Assembly (NCBI GenBank): GCA_965205505.1
Contig: CBDBHB010000008.1
Span: 96,001-160,000 of the forward strand
Direction: 5' to 3'
DNA: 64,000 bases
From: Acidobacteriota bacterium
Lineage (GTDB): Bacteria; Acidobacteriota; UBA890; WLXD01
In this document: positions 41,135-50,751 of the stretch, in pieces
Numbering within the stretch: position 1 is the first letter of the stretch
Layout: each line of letters opens with the position of its first letter
Notes under the pieces: generated by a model
The model's input: the letters and a program-made list of their open reading frames with translations, nothing else
What the model was told of the DNA's origin: nothing
Database searches by the model: none
Translations under genes and position numbers: made by a program

Positions 41135-42030
41135 CCGTCGGTCTCTCCGATCAGCGCTTCAACATAACCGGCGGCGTCGAAACTCGCGAGATCCTCGGCC
41201 CCTTCGCCCGTTCCTACAAACCGTATCGGTAGTGCCAGCCGGCGCGCGATGGTCAGGGCCACCCCTCCCTTGGCGGTGCCGTCGAGCTTGGCGAGCACGA
41301 GGCCGGTGACGTCGGCGTAACGGAGAAACTGCTCGGCTTGTCGGAGACCGTTCTGACCCGTCGTGCCATCGAGCACCAGGAAGGTCTCGTGTGGCGCATC
41401 CTCCACAACCCGTGCCGCAACGCGTCGGATCTTGTCGAGCTCGGACATCAAGTTGTCGTGCGTCTGCAGTCGGCCGGCGGTGTCGATGATGCCGACATCG
41501 GCCTTCCGTGCCACCACCGCCTCGCAGGTGTCGAACGCCACCGCTGCCGGATCGCCACCGTGCGGGTGAGCAATGACCCTCACGTCGAGCCGGCAACCCC
41601 AAGTCTGCAGCTGCTCGACTGCCGCAGCCCGGAACGTGTCTGCGGCGCCCAGGATAGGCGTTTGCCCTCGAGCTTGATACCAGCACGCCAGCTTGGCAGC
41701 GGTAGTCGTCTTGCCCGACCCGTTGACCCCGACCAGAAGGACGATCAGCGGCCACGGCTGCCGTTCCGGTGGATCGCTCTCGGCGGCCGCGAGCAACTCG
41801 ACCATTGCCTCCACGAGCACCGCCCGGGCGGCGCCCGGATCAGTGCCAGCGCCGCGAACTACCTGTAGCAGTTCATCGACGGTGTCGGCTGCAACGTCGG
41901 CACCGATGAGCGCTTCTTCCAGGGCCTCGAGGTCACGCTCCGCGAGCAGCCCGCCGGGGAGCAGCCGTCCCAGTGCCGACGCCAACCGGACGCGGCTATT
42001 GCTCAGCGAGCGAATCAGGAAGTTGGCCAC
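41131..42030 (-). CDS. ftsY: SRP receptor FtsY (NG domain only)
   Basis: GVNGSGKTTT, DTFRAAA, DTAGR, KLDGTAKGG. Confidence 0.96.
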   Translation of the reverse strand: MANFLIRSLSNSRVRLASALGRLLPGGLLAERDLEALEEALIGADVAADTVDELLQVVRGAGTDPGAARAVLVEAMVELLAAAESDPPERQPWPLIVLLVGVNGSGKTTTAAKLACWYQARGQTPILGAADTFRAAAVEQLQTWGCRLDVRVIAHPHGGDPAAVAFDTCEAVVARKADVGIIDTAGRLQTHDNLMSELDKIRRVAARVVEDAPHETFLVLDGTTGQNGLRQAEQFLRYADVTGLVLAKLDGTAKGGVALTIARRLALPIRFVGTGEGAEDLASFDAAGYVEALIGETDG

Positions 42031-42033
42031 CGT

Positions 42034-42047
42034 CCACGGCCTGCTAG
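42034..42047. repeat. Short terminal stub of family A at the IS630 insertion site
   Basis: CCACGGCCTGCTAG, exact match to the TIR end. Confidence 0.7.
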
Positions 42048-43134
42048 TGTAGCGTCTCTAAAATGGCTTTACAGCGATTAACTTTGTCGATGATCTGCTG
42101 GGCGGAAGCACTCCAAACATAGGGCTTGGGATCGTCGTTGTAGTTGGCAATGAAGTTCTCGATGTTTTGGATGAGTGCTTGGACGGAAGGAAACGCAGCT
42201 CGTCGGACGCTTTTTGTTGTCAGCTCAGCGAACCAGCGCTCCACCAGGTTCAGCCACGAGGAGCTTGTTGGAATGAAGTGCAGGTAAAAGCGACGATGCC
42301 GAGACAACCACTTCTTCACATTGGGGTGCGTGTGGGTGCCGTAGTTGTCAACGATCAGATGCAGATCTAGTTCCTGGGGGAACTCGCGGTCGAGCTTGCG
42401 TAGGAACTTCAAGAACTCTTGATGCCGATGACGCGGCAGACACTGACCGATGACGGTTCCGTCCAGCATGTTCAGGGCGGCGAAAAGGCTCGTCGTACCG
42501 TGGCGCTTGTAGTCGTGGGCATGGTTCCGGCACGGCCCTTCTTGAGCGGCAACGACGGCTGCGTGCGGTCCAAAGCCTGAATCTGAGACTTCTCATCCAC
42601 GCACAGCACTACAGCCCGATCTGGCGGATTCATGTACAGGCCGACCACGTCGGTGAGCTTGTCCACGAAGTGGGGATCCTTGGAGAGCTTGAACGTCTTG
42701 ACCAAGTGAGGCTTGAGTCCGTGAGCGTCCCAGATCCGCTGGACCGTGGCGGCACTGACCCCTTGCGCCTTGGCCATCGTTCGGCACGACCAATGAGTGG
42801 CGTTGGGTGGCTTGGTGTGCAACGTTGCTTCGACGATCTGTTTGATCTTGTCCCGGGAGATGGACCGGGGTCGTCCACGTCCCGGCCTGGTCTGCCCCAG
42901 CGCCACGGGACCTGCTTTCTCGAACCGCCTTCTCCACATGATCACAGTCGGCCGGCTGATGCCGAGCTGATCAGCAATCCCGCTATTGGACTCGCCATCT
43001 GCCGCCAGCAGGATGATCCCGGCACGAGTCGCTACTGACTGTGGTGTGCTGGGGGCTCGGAGCCAGGCTTCCAGAACGTCTCGATCCTTGTCCGCGAGCG
43101 CTATCGGTTCTGCTTTTGTGGCCATGCGAAGCAC
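42044..43134 (-). pseudogene. IS630 transposase with a 1-nt frameshift near 42520
   Basis: [18 protein letters not shown]; HDYKRHG continues in another frame; [17 protein letters not shown]. Confidence 0.85.
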
Positions 43135-43185
43135 AATACAATGGTCTTCATCTAATGTAAAGCTATTTACGATACACTATACTAG
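42044..43185 (-). mobile_element. IS630-family insertion sequence
   Basis: Imperfect ~29-bp TIRs (TAGTGTAGCGTCTCTAAAATGGCTTTACA and TAGTATAGTGTATCGTAAATAGCTTTACA), TA duplication within CTAG, DDE transposase. Confidence 0.95.
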
Positions 43186-43975
43186 ATCCCGAGTGTTGTA
43201 GCTGTCGTAGGATCTCCAGCGCCTGATCGGCCAGAGCACTGCCCGGTGCCAGTCGGAGCACCTGTTGCAAATGATCGACCGCCTGTTCGCTGGTGCCGAG
43301 ATCTCGATGCGCCAGGCCTCGCAGTAGCTCGCCCCGCGGCGTCGACGGTACAACTCCCAGGCTCTCCAGCGCCCCGAGCGCCTCCTGTGGCCGTCCGTTC
43401 TTGATCAACGCCTCGGCAAGCGACATGTGCATGAGCGGATACAACGGATCGTTCGACGGGACCGCGACGCGCGTCGCCTCGCTGAGGGCCGGGATGGCTG
43501 CTTCAACGTCGCCCTGTCGCAAGTAGACGTTGCCCAAGTTTACCAGCACACGAGCGCGTGAGATGCGAGGGTAGACCGGGTCGTCCAGAGCAGCCCGATA
43601 GTGCTCGACGGCACGCGCCATGTCGCCACGCCGAACCCAGTGGACACCGAACCAGTTATGCGCCTCGGTCAGCTGCGGGTTGATCTGCAAGGCGGAGCGA
43701 AACTCCGCCTCGGCCGACTCGAACTCGTCGAGCTGCGTGTAGACGACCCCCAACCACATCCGCGACTCGGCGTTTTCCGCGTAGATACCCACCGACTTGC
43801 GGAGAGCCACCAACGCCTGGCGGATCTGGTTGCTGGCTATGAACTGAACCGCCAGCTGCTGCAGCTCGGTCGGATCCTCGCTGTTGGCGATCAACGGATC
43901 GATGGCTCGCTGGGCCGCGACTGACGGCACACCGGAGCTAGCGATCAGCAGTGCAAGAGCGATGCTCCGGAGCAT
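43163..43975 (-). CDS. Tetratricopeptide-repeat protein with N-terminal signal or anchor (PilF-like)
   Basis: Hydrophobic N-terminus, repeated LG.VY...A...F..AL...P pattern; stop lies inside the IS630 TIR. Confidence 0.82.
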   Translation of the reverse strand: MLRSIALALLIASSGVPSVAAQRAIDPLIANSEDPTELQQLAVQFIASNQIRQALVALRKSVGIYAENAESRMWLGVVYTQLDEFESAEAEFRSALQINPQLTEAHNWFGVHWVRRGDMARAVEHYRAALDDPVYPRISRARVLVNLGNVYLRQGDVEAAIPALSEATRVAVPSNDPLYPLMHMSLAEALIKNGRPQEALGALESLGVVPSTPRGELLRGLAHRDLGTSEQAVDHLQQVLRLAPGSALADQALEILRQLQHSGSSIVYRK

Positions 43976-44111
43976 GCGCGTCCCCCAACCAGAGTACGTT
44001 CAGAACCTGATAGCCCCCCACATGGCGATCACCGAGATCGTAGCATGCCCGGTGCGTGGAGGGACCAGAGGACTGCGTACGCCCGGGTGCTCCGTTGGCC
44101 TGACGGCGCGC

Positions 44112-45137
44112 CTAGCCCCACTCCTCGACCAAGGCTCGTGCTAGCAACTCATCGATAGCCTGTCTCGCCGCCTTGCCGCCGTAGAGCACTCGATAGACTT
44201 GCTCGGCGATCGGCATCTCCACCCCGTGGCGTCGGGCGATCTGACGCACTGAGCGCGTTGTGGCGACCCCTTCGGCCACCATCGTCATGTCCCGTGTCGC
44301 CTCATCGAGGGACTGGCCGCGACCGATAGCCACCCCGACACCGCGATTGCGGCTCAACGGCCCGTTGCAGGTGAGCACGAGATCCCCGAGACCTGCCAGC
44401 CCCATCATTGTCTCGGCCCGCCCACCGAGCTCCAGAGCAAGCGTCGTCATTTCTTTCAGACCCCGACATATCAAGGCGGCGCTGCTGTTGGCACCGAGCC
44501 CAAGGCCGGCGACGATCCCTGCGGCCACGGCGATCACATTCTTCAGTGCGCCGGCGATCTCCACTCCGACGATGTCAGCGTTGCGGTAGACGCGCAGCGG
44601 ACCGTAGCTAAGGGCGGTCTGGACGTCCTCGGCGGCTGCCGCATCGGCACAACCGAGGGTCACTGCCGTAGGCTGGCCTTCGGCCAACTCGCGCGCGAAC
44701 GAGGGTCCCGACAACGAGGAAAGAGACCGCACGGAGACCGGGACCACCTCCTGCAACAACTGCGTCATACGCAGGCCACTGTCTTCTTCGATTCCCTTCG
44801 TAGCCGATATCAGGTGTGCCCCGGCCTCGACACACGCCCCCAGACTTACCCACACGTCACGCAGAAAGCGGGAGGGAACCGCGCTGATCACGAGTCTCGC
44901 GCCACCCAACGCTTCCTCGGCTACCGCAGTCACGCGCATTGTTTCCGGGAAGGGAATACCCGCCAAGTAGACGGCGTTCTCGCGCTCCTCGCGCATGCGT
45001 GCCACCTTGCTGGGGTCGTGACCCCAGAGGACGACATCGTGTCCCGCAGAGGCAGTGTGAATCGCCAGCGCCGTGCCCCACGACCCGGCGCCCACCACCG
45101 CGACCGACGTGGCCTGCGGCACCGGTGACCCGGTCAT
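44112..45137 (-). CDS. gpsA: NAD(P)H-dependent glycerol-3-phosphate dehydrogenase
   Basis: GAGSWGTALA, SGPSFA, GALKNVIA, GLGDLVLTC, SRN. Confidence 0.97.
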   Translation of the reverse strand: MTGSPVPQATSVAVVGAGSWGTALAIHTASAGHDVVLWGHDPSKVARMREERENAVYLAGIPFPETMRVTAVAEEALGGARLVISAVPSRFLRDVWVSLGACVEAGAHLISATKGIEEDSGLRMTQLLQEVVPVSVRSLSSLSGPSFARELAEGQPTAVTLGCADAAAAEDVQTALSYGPLRVYRNADIVGVEIAGALKNVIAVAAGIVAGLGLGANSSAALICRGLKEMTTLALELGGRAETMMGLAGLGDLVLTCNGPLSRNRGVGVAIGRGQSLDEATRDMTMVAEGVATTRSVRQIARRHGVEMPIAEQVYRVLYGGKAARQAIDELLARALVEEWG

Positions 45138-45733
45138 GGTCGTTCGCTCCCGGCCCGAGCCTCGTTGCCGGCGCGGAGCCGAGCGATGTTGTCAGCGTGG
45201 CGCACGACAACGACGGCCGCCACCAGCACCGCACCCACCACTACCGCCGTCGGCTCACCCGTCACGAGGCCGCCGATCGGCAGCAACAGCGCGGCGCTGA
45301 GCGACGCCAGCGATACCGTTCGAGACCATCCGGCCACCAGCGCGAAGGCTATCAGCGCGACCGCGGAGGCCCACGGGCTCATCACGCCGAAGGCGCCCAG
45401 CATTGTCGCCACCCCTTTGCCACCGCGCCACCGTAGCCAAGGCGTAAAGCAATGGCCCAGTACGGCACCGAGTCCACCGGCAACCGCGACCGCCGGAACG
45501 CCGGTCGCCAACATGCCGCCCAGCAAGACTCCCGCCGCCCCCTTGCCGGCGTCGGCGGCAAGCGTCAGCGCCCAACCAACCGGGCCGAGCACGCGGCCGA
45601 CGTTTGTTGCACCGATGTTGCCGCTACCCACAGAACGAATATCCCCTCGACCAAGCAGGCGCACCAGGAGAAACCCGAACGGCACGCTGCCGACAGCGAA
45701 CCCCGCGACAAGCGCGACGACGGCTGTTCCCAA
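45134..45733 (-). CDS. plsY: Glycerol-3-phosphate acyltransferase
   Basis: GSGNIGATN, GGKGVAT, RH..NI.RL. Confidence 0.96.
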   Translation of the reverse strand: MGTAVVALVAGFAVGSVPFGFLLVRLLGRGDIRSVGSGNIGATNVGRVLGPVGWALTLAADAGKGAAGVLLGGMLATGVPAVAVAGGLGAVLGHCFTPWLRWRGGKGVATMLGAFGVMSPWASAVALIAFALVAGWSRTVSLASLSAALLLPIGGLVTGEPTAVVVGAVLVAAVVVVRHADNIARLRAGNEARAGSERP

Positions 45734-45736
45734 CGC

Positions 45737-46255
45737 TTACTCCTGAACGCGAGCGGGGTCGTGATCGCGCACGACCTCCTCAATGAGGCAACGCAACAGG
45801 CCTCCCGTGGCGGCTCGGCGCACGGCGATGCGATCGCCATCGTATACGCACCGCAGCGCTCGGACTCGGTTGGCTCCCGAAACCACCAGGTAGGCCGTCC
45901 CCACCGGGTCAGGACCATCTGTGGTCGGCCCGGCCCAACCAGTAACGGCCGCCCCGTACGAGCTCCGTGCGAGGTTACGCACACGACCCGCCAGACCACG
46001 CGTGATGGCCTCCGACACCGTGCCGTGCGTACCAAGCTCGTCGGCGGATACGCCGATCAACTGGCGCTTCGCTTCGGCAGTGTAGGCCACCACCGATCCC
46101 CAGAAGCATACCGACGCCCCGGGCACCCTGGTCAGCGCTGCGCCGACTTCACCGCCTGTGCACGACTCCACTACCGCGAGCGTCTCCCCGCCGGCGGTCA
46201 GCATCGCCACTAGGCGCGCGGCGAGCTCGTCGACAGTGTTCAGATCGGCAACCAT
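45737..46255 (-). CDS. CinA C-terminal domain protein (NMN deamidase PncC family)
   Basis: ESCTGG, PGAS, G.VSE, TGWAGP. Confidence 0.88.
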   Translation of the reverse strand: MVADLNTVDELAARLVAMLTAGGETLAVVESCTGGEVGAALTRVPGASVCFWGSVVAYTAEAKRQLIGVSADELGTHGTVSEAITRGLAGRVRNLARSSYGAAVTGWAGPTTDGPDPVGTAYLVVSGANRVRALRCVYDGDRIAVRRAATGGLLRCLIEEVVRDHDPARVQE

Positions 46256-46698
46256 GGCGCCACCAGGTGCACCAACGCCAGTGCGTAAAGGCCAGCAAGC
46301 ACATCGTCGGCCATGATCCCCCACCCTGCCGGCAAGGCCTCGGCCTGACGTACCGGGAACGGCTTAGCGATATCGAAGAATCGGAAGAGGAAGAACGCCA
46401 GCACTCCGGAGCCCCAGCCGCTCGTGCCCAGCAAAGCGACCCACATGCCGGCGAGCTCGTCGACCACCACCTCGGAAGGATCTTCCGTCGCTAGGGATCG
46501 GCTAACGCGGGTTGCGGCCAACACACCGACAACGATCACCACGAGCGTAGCAACGGCCTGGACAGCAACAGGTCGAGCGGCGAGCAGCGTCCAGAAGAGG
46601 GCTACTCCCAGCAGGGAGCCCCAGGTTCCCGGCGGCCAAACGAACCCGATACCCAGGCAACTTGTCAGCAGCCGCGATGCCCAGGTGACCGGGCTCAC
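46240..46698 (-). CDS. pgpA: Phosphatidylglycerophosphatase A
   Basis: PGTWGS, DPSEVVVDE..G, FRFFDIAKP, MADD. Confidence 0.93.
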   Translation of the reverse strand: MSPVTWASRLLTSCLGIGFVWPPGTWGSLLGVALFWTLLAARPVAVQAVATLVVIVVGVLAATRVSRSLATEDPSEVVVDELAGMWVALLGTSGWGSGVLAFFLFRFFDIAKPFPVRQAEALPAGWGIMADDVLAGLYALALVHLVAPWLPI

Positions 46699-47990
46699 GG
46701 CTCCAGACGCCCGAGCATGCGTGGGAACGGAATTGTCTCGCGCAGGTGCGGCCGGCCGGTGACCCAAGCAACGAGGCGCTCCAACCCCATTCCGAAGCCC
46801 GAGTGCGGCACCGTTCCGTAGCGTCTCAGGTCCATGTACCAGGAGTACGGCTCGAGGGGCAAGCCATGCTCCCGCAACCGAGACTCCAGCAGATCCGGAT
46901 CGTGAATTCGCTGGCCGCCGCCGACCAGCTCTCCGCAGCCCTCTGGGGCGATCATGTCGCATCCGAGCACCAGATCCGGCCGCTCGGCATCCGGTTCCAT
47001 GTAGAAAGGTTTGATCTTGGCCGGGAATCGGTTGATGAAGACCGGACGATCGTAGGCGTCCGAGATGATCGTCTCGTGGCCGCCGCCGAAGTCGCTGCCC
47101 CAATCGAACTCCTCCCCGGCCTCCTGGAGGATCTGCACCGCCTCGTCGTAGTGGAGGCGCGGGAAAGGGCTGAGCACGGTCTGCAGCCGTTGGGTGTCGC
47201 GCTCGAGCGTCGCCAGCTCGCTGGCGCAAGCCGTCAGTGCTCCTTGCACCACCGTGACGATGAAGTCCTCCGCCAGGTCCATGATGTCTTCGAGGTCGGC
47301 GAACGCGACCTCCGGCTCGAGCATCCAGAACTCTGTCAAGTGACGGCGCGTCTTCGACTTTTCGGCGCGGAAGGTGGGCCCGAAGCAGAAGACTTTGCCG
47401 TGCGCCATTGCGCCAGCCTCTTGATACAGCTGTCCGCTCTGCGTCAGAAAGGCTGAACGTCCGAAGTAGTCGGTCTCGAACAGACTCGTCGTACCTTCGA
47501 CCGACAGCGGCGTCAAGACCGGACTGTCGATGAGGGTAAAGCCGCGATCATGGAAATAGTCGCGGCACAGCTTCTCGAGCTTGCTGCGAACACGCAGGAT
47601 GGCGTGTTGCTTTGATGAGCGCAGCCACAGGTGGCGCCGGTCCATCAGAAACTCGATACCGTGCTCCTTGGGGGTGATCGGGTAGTCGTGAACCTGCTGA
47701 AGCACTTCCATGTCGGCTAGACCGATCTCGACGCCGCCGAGAGCGCGATCGTCCGCCTTCACCCGACCGGTGACGATGATCGATGACTCCTGGCCCAGTC
47801 GATCGATCAGCCCCCAAAGCGCCTCGTCGATCTTGCTGCGAACCGCCACCACCTGCACGACGCCGGTGCCATCGCGCACCTGTATGAATGCGATCTTGCC
47901 GCTGGAACGCTTGTTGTAGAGCCAGCCACGGAGACACACCTCCGAATCGACGTGATCGGTGAGATCCTCGACGTAGACGAACGGTGGCAA
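46695..47990 (-). CDS. asnS: Asparagine--tRNA ligase
   Basis: RHLWLRS, LTQSGQLY, FRAEKSKTRRHLTEFWM, PHSGFG. Confidence 0.95.
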   Translation of the reverse strand: MPPFVYVEDLTDHVDSEVCLRGWLYNKRSSGKIAFIQVRDGTGVVQVVAVRSKIDEALWGLIDRLGQESSIIVTGRVKADDRALGGVEIGLADMEVLQQVHDYPITPKEHGIEFLMDRRHLWLRSSKQHAILRVRSKLEKLCRDYFHDRGFTLIDSPVLTPLSVEGTTSLFETDYFGRSAFLTQSGQLYQEAGAMAHGKVFCFGPTFRAEKSKTRRHLTEFWMLEPEVAFADLEDIMDLAEDFIVTVVQGALTACASELATLERDTQRLQTVLSPFPRLHYDEAVQILQEAGEEFDWGSDFGGGHETIISDAYDRPVFINRFPAKIKPFYMEPDAERPDLVLGCDMIAPEGCGELVGGGQRIHDPDLLESRLREHGLPLEPYSWYMDLRRYGTVPHSGFGMGLERLVAWVTGRPHLRETIPFPRMLGRLEP

Positions 47991-48050
47991 TTGCTGGCTC
48001 CGTCAGCGATTGGTAGTGACGGAGAACGGTACCGTTGGACTCAGTACAAG

Positions 48051-49061
48051 TCACGCCGTGAGGCGATCGAAATCCTGCAGCTGCCGCAAGACATCGTCCC
48101 AACCCAGCGCCACCAGGGCGGCGCGGGCGTTCTTCCACGTCCGCGGCGCATAGCGTGCATAGTCGGAATTTCCGGCGATGGTCACCTGGTATCCGAATGT
48201 TCCGAGAGCCTTGAGGCAGCGCTGCACGCCGACCAGGCAGAAGGCCTGCCGGGCCGACGCCGGCAGGCCGGCCGGGCCCGCCGGAATCTCGGCGCCATCA
48301 GAGGCTTCGAGCCGGCAGCGGCAGCCTGCCCAGAAACTCGCCAATGTGGCGGTCGCTACGGCCGGGTCGACGTCGCAGTAGTTGTCCCAGACCAGAGAAG
48401 CCATGTCGTACAGCAGCGGCCCCGGCATGACATCCTGGAAGTCGAGCACCATTAACCGGTTGCCGGTCACCAGCAGATTGCGCGCGTGGTAATCACGATG
48501 GCACAGCGCAAGCGGCTGCCGCTCGACCTCGGATACCAGGCGATCATAGGCTCTTGCCCGACGGCCGCCACCGCCACCGACCCCGAGCCAACCGCGCAGC
48601 GCGTGCTGCTCCATGAAATCAAGCTCCCGGCGGAGCCGAGAAGCGTCCAGGCGCAGATCCGAGTTGGGGGCCACGGCGCGGCGCCCGTGGCGCTGCAAAC
48701 GTACGATGGCCCGTGCCGCCTGACGGTACAGTCGCATGAGTCGTCCCGGCTTCGCCTGGTCGAGCAGTTCGTCGCCGCCGTCTTCTACCAGCAAGGCGCG
48801 AGCACCGACAGATCGCACCCGCGGTACTCGAACGCCGGCGCGCCGGAAGAACTCCGACGTGTTCATGTAGCGGGCCGCACCATCGCGCTCGTCCGGGGGA
48901 TAGACCACCAGAACGCTCGACTCTGCCGCTGTGGCCATGCGAAAGAACCTACGGCTCGACGCGTGACCGGTGAGGCGCTCCAAGTGCGCGCCGGTAGGTA
49001 GCGCCAGACCCTCCAGCACGCCCTCGGCCGCGAGATCGGCGAGTATCGCTTTACCCGTCAT
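48051..49061 (-). CDS. Aminoglycoside-phosphotransferase-fold kinase, AmgK-like
   Basis: ASSRRFFR, HRDYHARNL, DFQD, QR.LKALG.F. Confidence 0.8.
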   Translation of the reverse strand: MTGKAILADLAAEGVLEGLALPTGAHLERLTGHASSRRFFRMATAAESSVLVVYPPDERDGAARYMNTSEFFRRAGVRVPRVRSVGARALLVEDGGDELLDQAKPGRLMRLYRQAARAIVRLQRHGRRAVAPNSDLRLDASRLRRELDFMEQHALRGWLGVGGGGGRRARAYDRLVSEVERQPLALCHRDYHARNLLVTGNRLMVLDFQDVMPGPLLYDMASLVWDNYCDVDPAVATATLASFWAGCRCRLEASDGAEIPAGPAGLPASARQAFCLVGVQRCLKALGTFGYQVTIAGNSDYARYAPRTWKNARAALVALGWDDVLRQLQDFDRLTA

Positions 49062-50116
49062 GGACGGCTGGCCGGCCGCGACGTGGCGCCAAAGGGGACC
49101 ATTCCCTCGTGCGTGAACACCGCCTCCTCGGCCTCGGTACCGGGCGGTACCGCTACCCCATCCATTACAACCACCCGGTGCAATCGGCACCGCGGCCCTA
49201 CGTTGGCGCCCGTCCAGAGCACGCTATGGGTCACTCGGCTACCGGCCTCGATGCGACAAACATCCGCCGCTACGAGACCCCTCAGTATGCTGCCGTGCTT
49301 GAGGCGTGTTCCAGCGCCGACCAGAAAGGGCGGTTCCAACCGGACGTTCTCTATGTGAGTATCGGGGCTCACGTAACCGCTGCTCAACAGGCGCGTCGCT
49401 CGGGCGTACCCGAGCGACGCGTGGCCGTGTTCCAGGGCCGCGAGCTGAGCATCGATATAGCGGCCCGGATCACCGGCTTCGTACCAGCTGCCGGCTAGCG
49501 GCAGCGCGTGCACCGGGAGCTCGGCGCGCAGCAGCGATCGATACACTGGGTCGACCATGCCAAGCGGCTTGCCCACCGGAAGCGATTCCAACACCTCGCG
49601 CTCCACTAGGTGCACGCCGGAGAATACTCCCTCCACGGTACGCTCGTCCGACGGCGCCGGATCACCGGGAAACGCCAGCAAGCGTCCTGTATCGGTCGCG
49701 GTTACGGTCGGATAACCGCGCGCCGATTGCCCACGGTACAGGCCTAGAGTAGCGAGAGCCCCACTACGATGCTGATGTAGTAGCGGGCCGAGAGCCATGG
49801 ACGAGACCGTGTCCCCATTGACCAGGAGCGTCGTCGCACCGAGCTGATCGAGGACACGCCGAGGCCCCCCGGCGGTGCCGAGCAGACGTTCCTCGACGCT
49901 GTAGCGGATCGTCATGTCGAACGCCCGCCCGCCGTACGTGCCCGCGATTGAATCCGGCTGGTGGTGGAGGTTGACCCAGACCTGTCGAAAGCCGCAGCGG
50001 CGAAGCCAGTCGAGCGTATAGTCGAGGAGCGGTCGGTTCAGAAACGGCACCACGGCCTTGGCGCGATCGTCTGTCAGCGGCCGCAGGCGGATCGCCTTCC
50101 CGGCCGCCAATACCAT
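49058..50116 (-). CDS. NDP-sugar nucleotidyltransferase (MurU / mannose-1-P guanylyltransferase-like)
   Basis: VLAAGK.IRLRPLT...K, LGTAGG, NGD, C-terminal beta-helix-like region. Confidence 0.82.
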   Translation of the reverse strand: MVLAAGKAIRLRPLTDDRAKAVVPFLNRPLLDYTLDWLRRCGFRQVWVNLHHQPDSIAGTYGGRAFDMTIRYSVEERLLGTAGGPRRVLDQLGATTLLVNGDTVSSMALGPLLHQHRSGALATLGLYRGQSARGYPTVTATDTGRLLAFPGDPAPSDERTVEGVFSGVHLVEREVLESLPVGKPLGMVDPVYRSLLRAELPVHALPLAGSWYEAGDPGRYIDAQLAALEHGHASLGYARATRLLSSGYVSPDTHIENVRLEPPFLVGAGTRLKHGSILRGLVAADVCRIEAGSRVTHSVLWTGANVGPRCRLHRVVVMDGVAVPPGTEAEEAVFTHEGMVPFGATSRPASRP

Positions 50117-50169
50117 GACACCGAGCCGTATGCTGTCGAAATGACGCGGTTCGTCTCTCAGGTCTGTCC

Positions 50170-50739
50170 TCAGAACGTGAGGAGCTCCTGTCGCTTGGCC
50201 TCGGCCAGTTCCTCGACGCGCTCGCAGAACCTGTCGGTCAGCTCTTGACCCTGCTTGAGCGCGCGGTGCGCATCGTCCTCTGAGAGTTCCTTGTCGTTCT
50301 CGAGCTGCTTGACCTGGTCGTTCATGTCGCGACGAATCTGCCTTATCTCCGTCTTCCCGTGCTCTGCAATCGTCCCGACGTTCTTGGCCAAGTCGTGCCG
50401 ACGCTCCTCCGTCAGCTCGGGGATCGGCACGCGGATCACAGTTCCGTCGTTGTTCGGGTTCAGCCCCAGGTCCGACTTCAGGATCGCCTTCTCGATGGCG
50501 ACGATGGAGCCCCTGTCGTAGGGCTGCACAACGAGCAGCTGTGGCTCCGGAGCCGCCAGGCTGGCGAGTTGGTTCAACGGCGTCGCTGTGCCGTAGTAGT
50601 CGACCAGCACGTCGTCGAGGACTGCGGTGCTTGCGCGACCGGTCCGAATCGTCCGTAGTTCACGACTCATTGCTTCGAACGCGTCGTTCATCCGCTGCTG
50701 CCCGGCGCGTAACGCCTGCTGGACGCCATCTTCCGTCAT
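50170..50739 (-). CDS. frr: Ribosome recycling factor
   Basis: IRTGRA, VDYYG, LGLNP, P.LTEERR. Confidence 0.97.
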   Translation of the reverse strand: MTEDGVQQALRAGQQRMNDAFEAMSRELRTIRTGRASTAVLDDVLVDYYGTATPLNQLASLAAPEPQLLVVQPYDRGSIVAIEKAILKSDLGLNPNNDGTVIRVPIPELTEERRHDLAKNVGTIAEHGKTEIRQIRRDMNDQVKQLENDKELSEDDAHRALKQGQELTDRFCERVEELAEAKRQELLTF

Positions 50740-50751
50740 CGCTCGAGCCCC

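Noticed and set aside
41100-41160. FMN riboswitch ahead of the rib genes
   Set aside because: ribD overlaps the ftsY stop, leaving no leader; no RFN motif seen.
42472-42530. Programmed ribosomal frameshift in the IS630 transposase
   Set aside because: No slippery A-rich heptamer at the break; a single missing base in the conserved MTHDYKRHG explains it.
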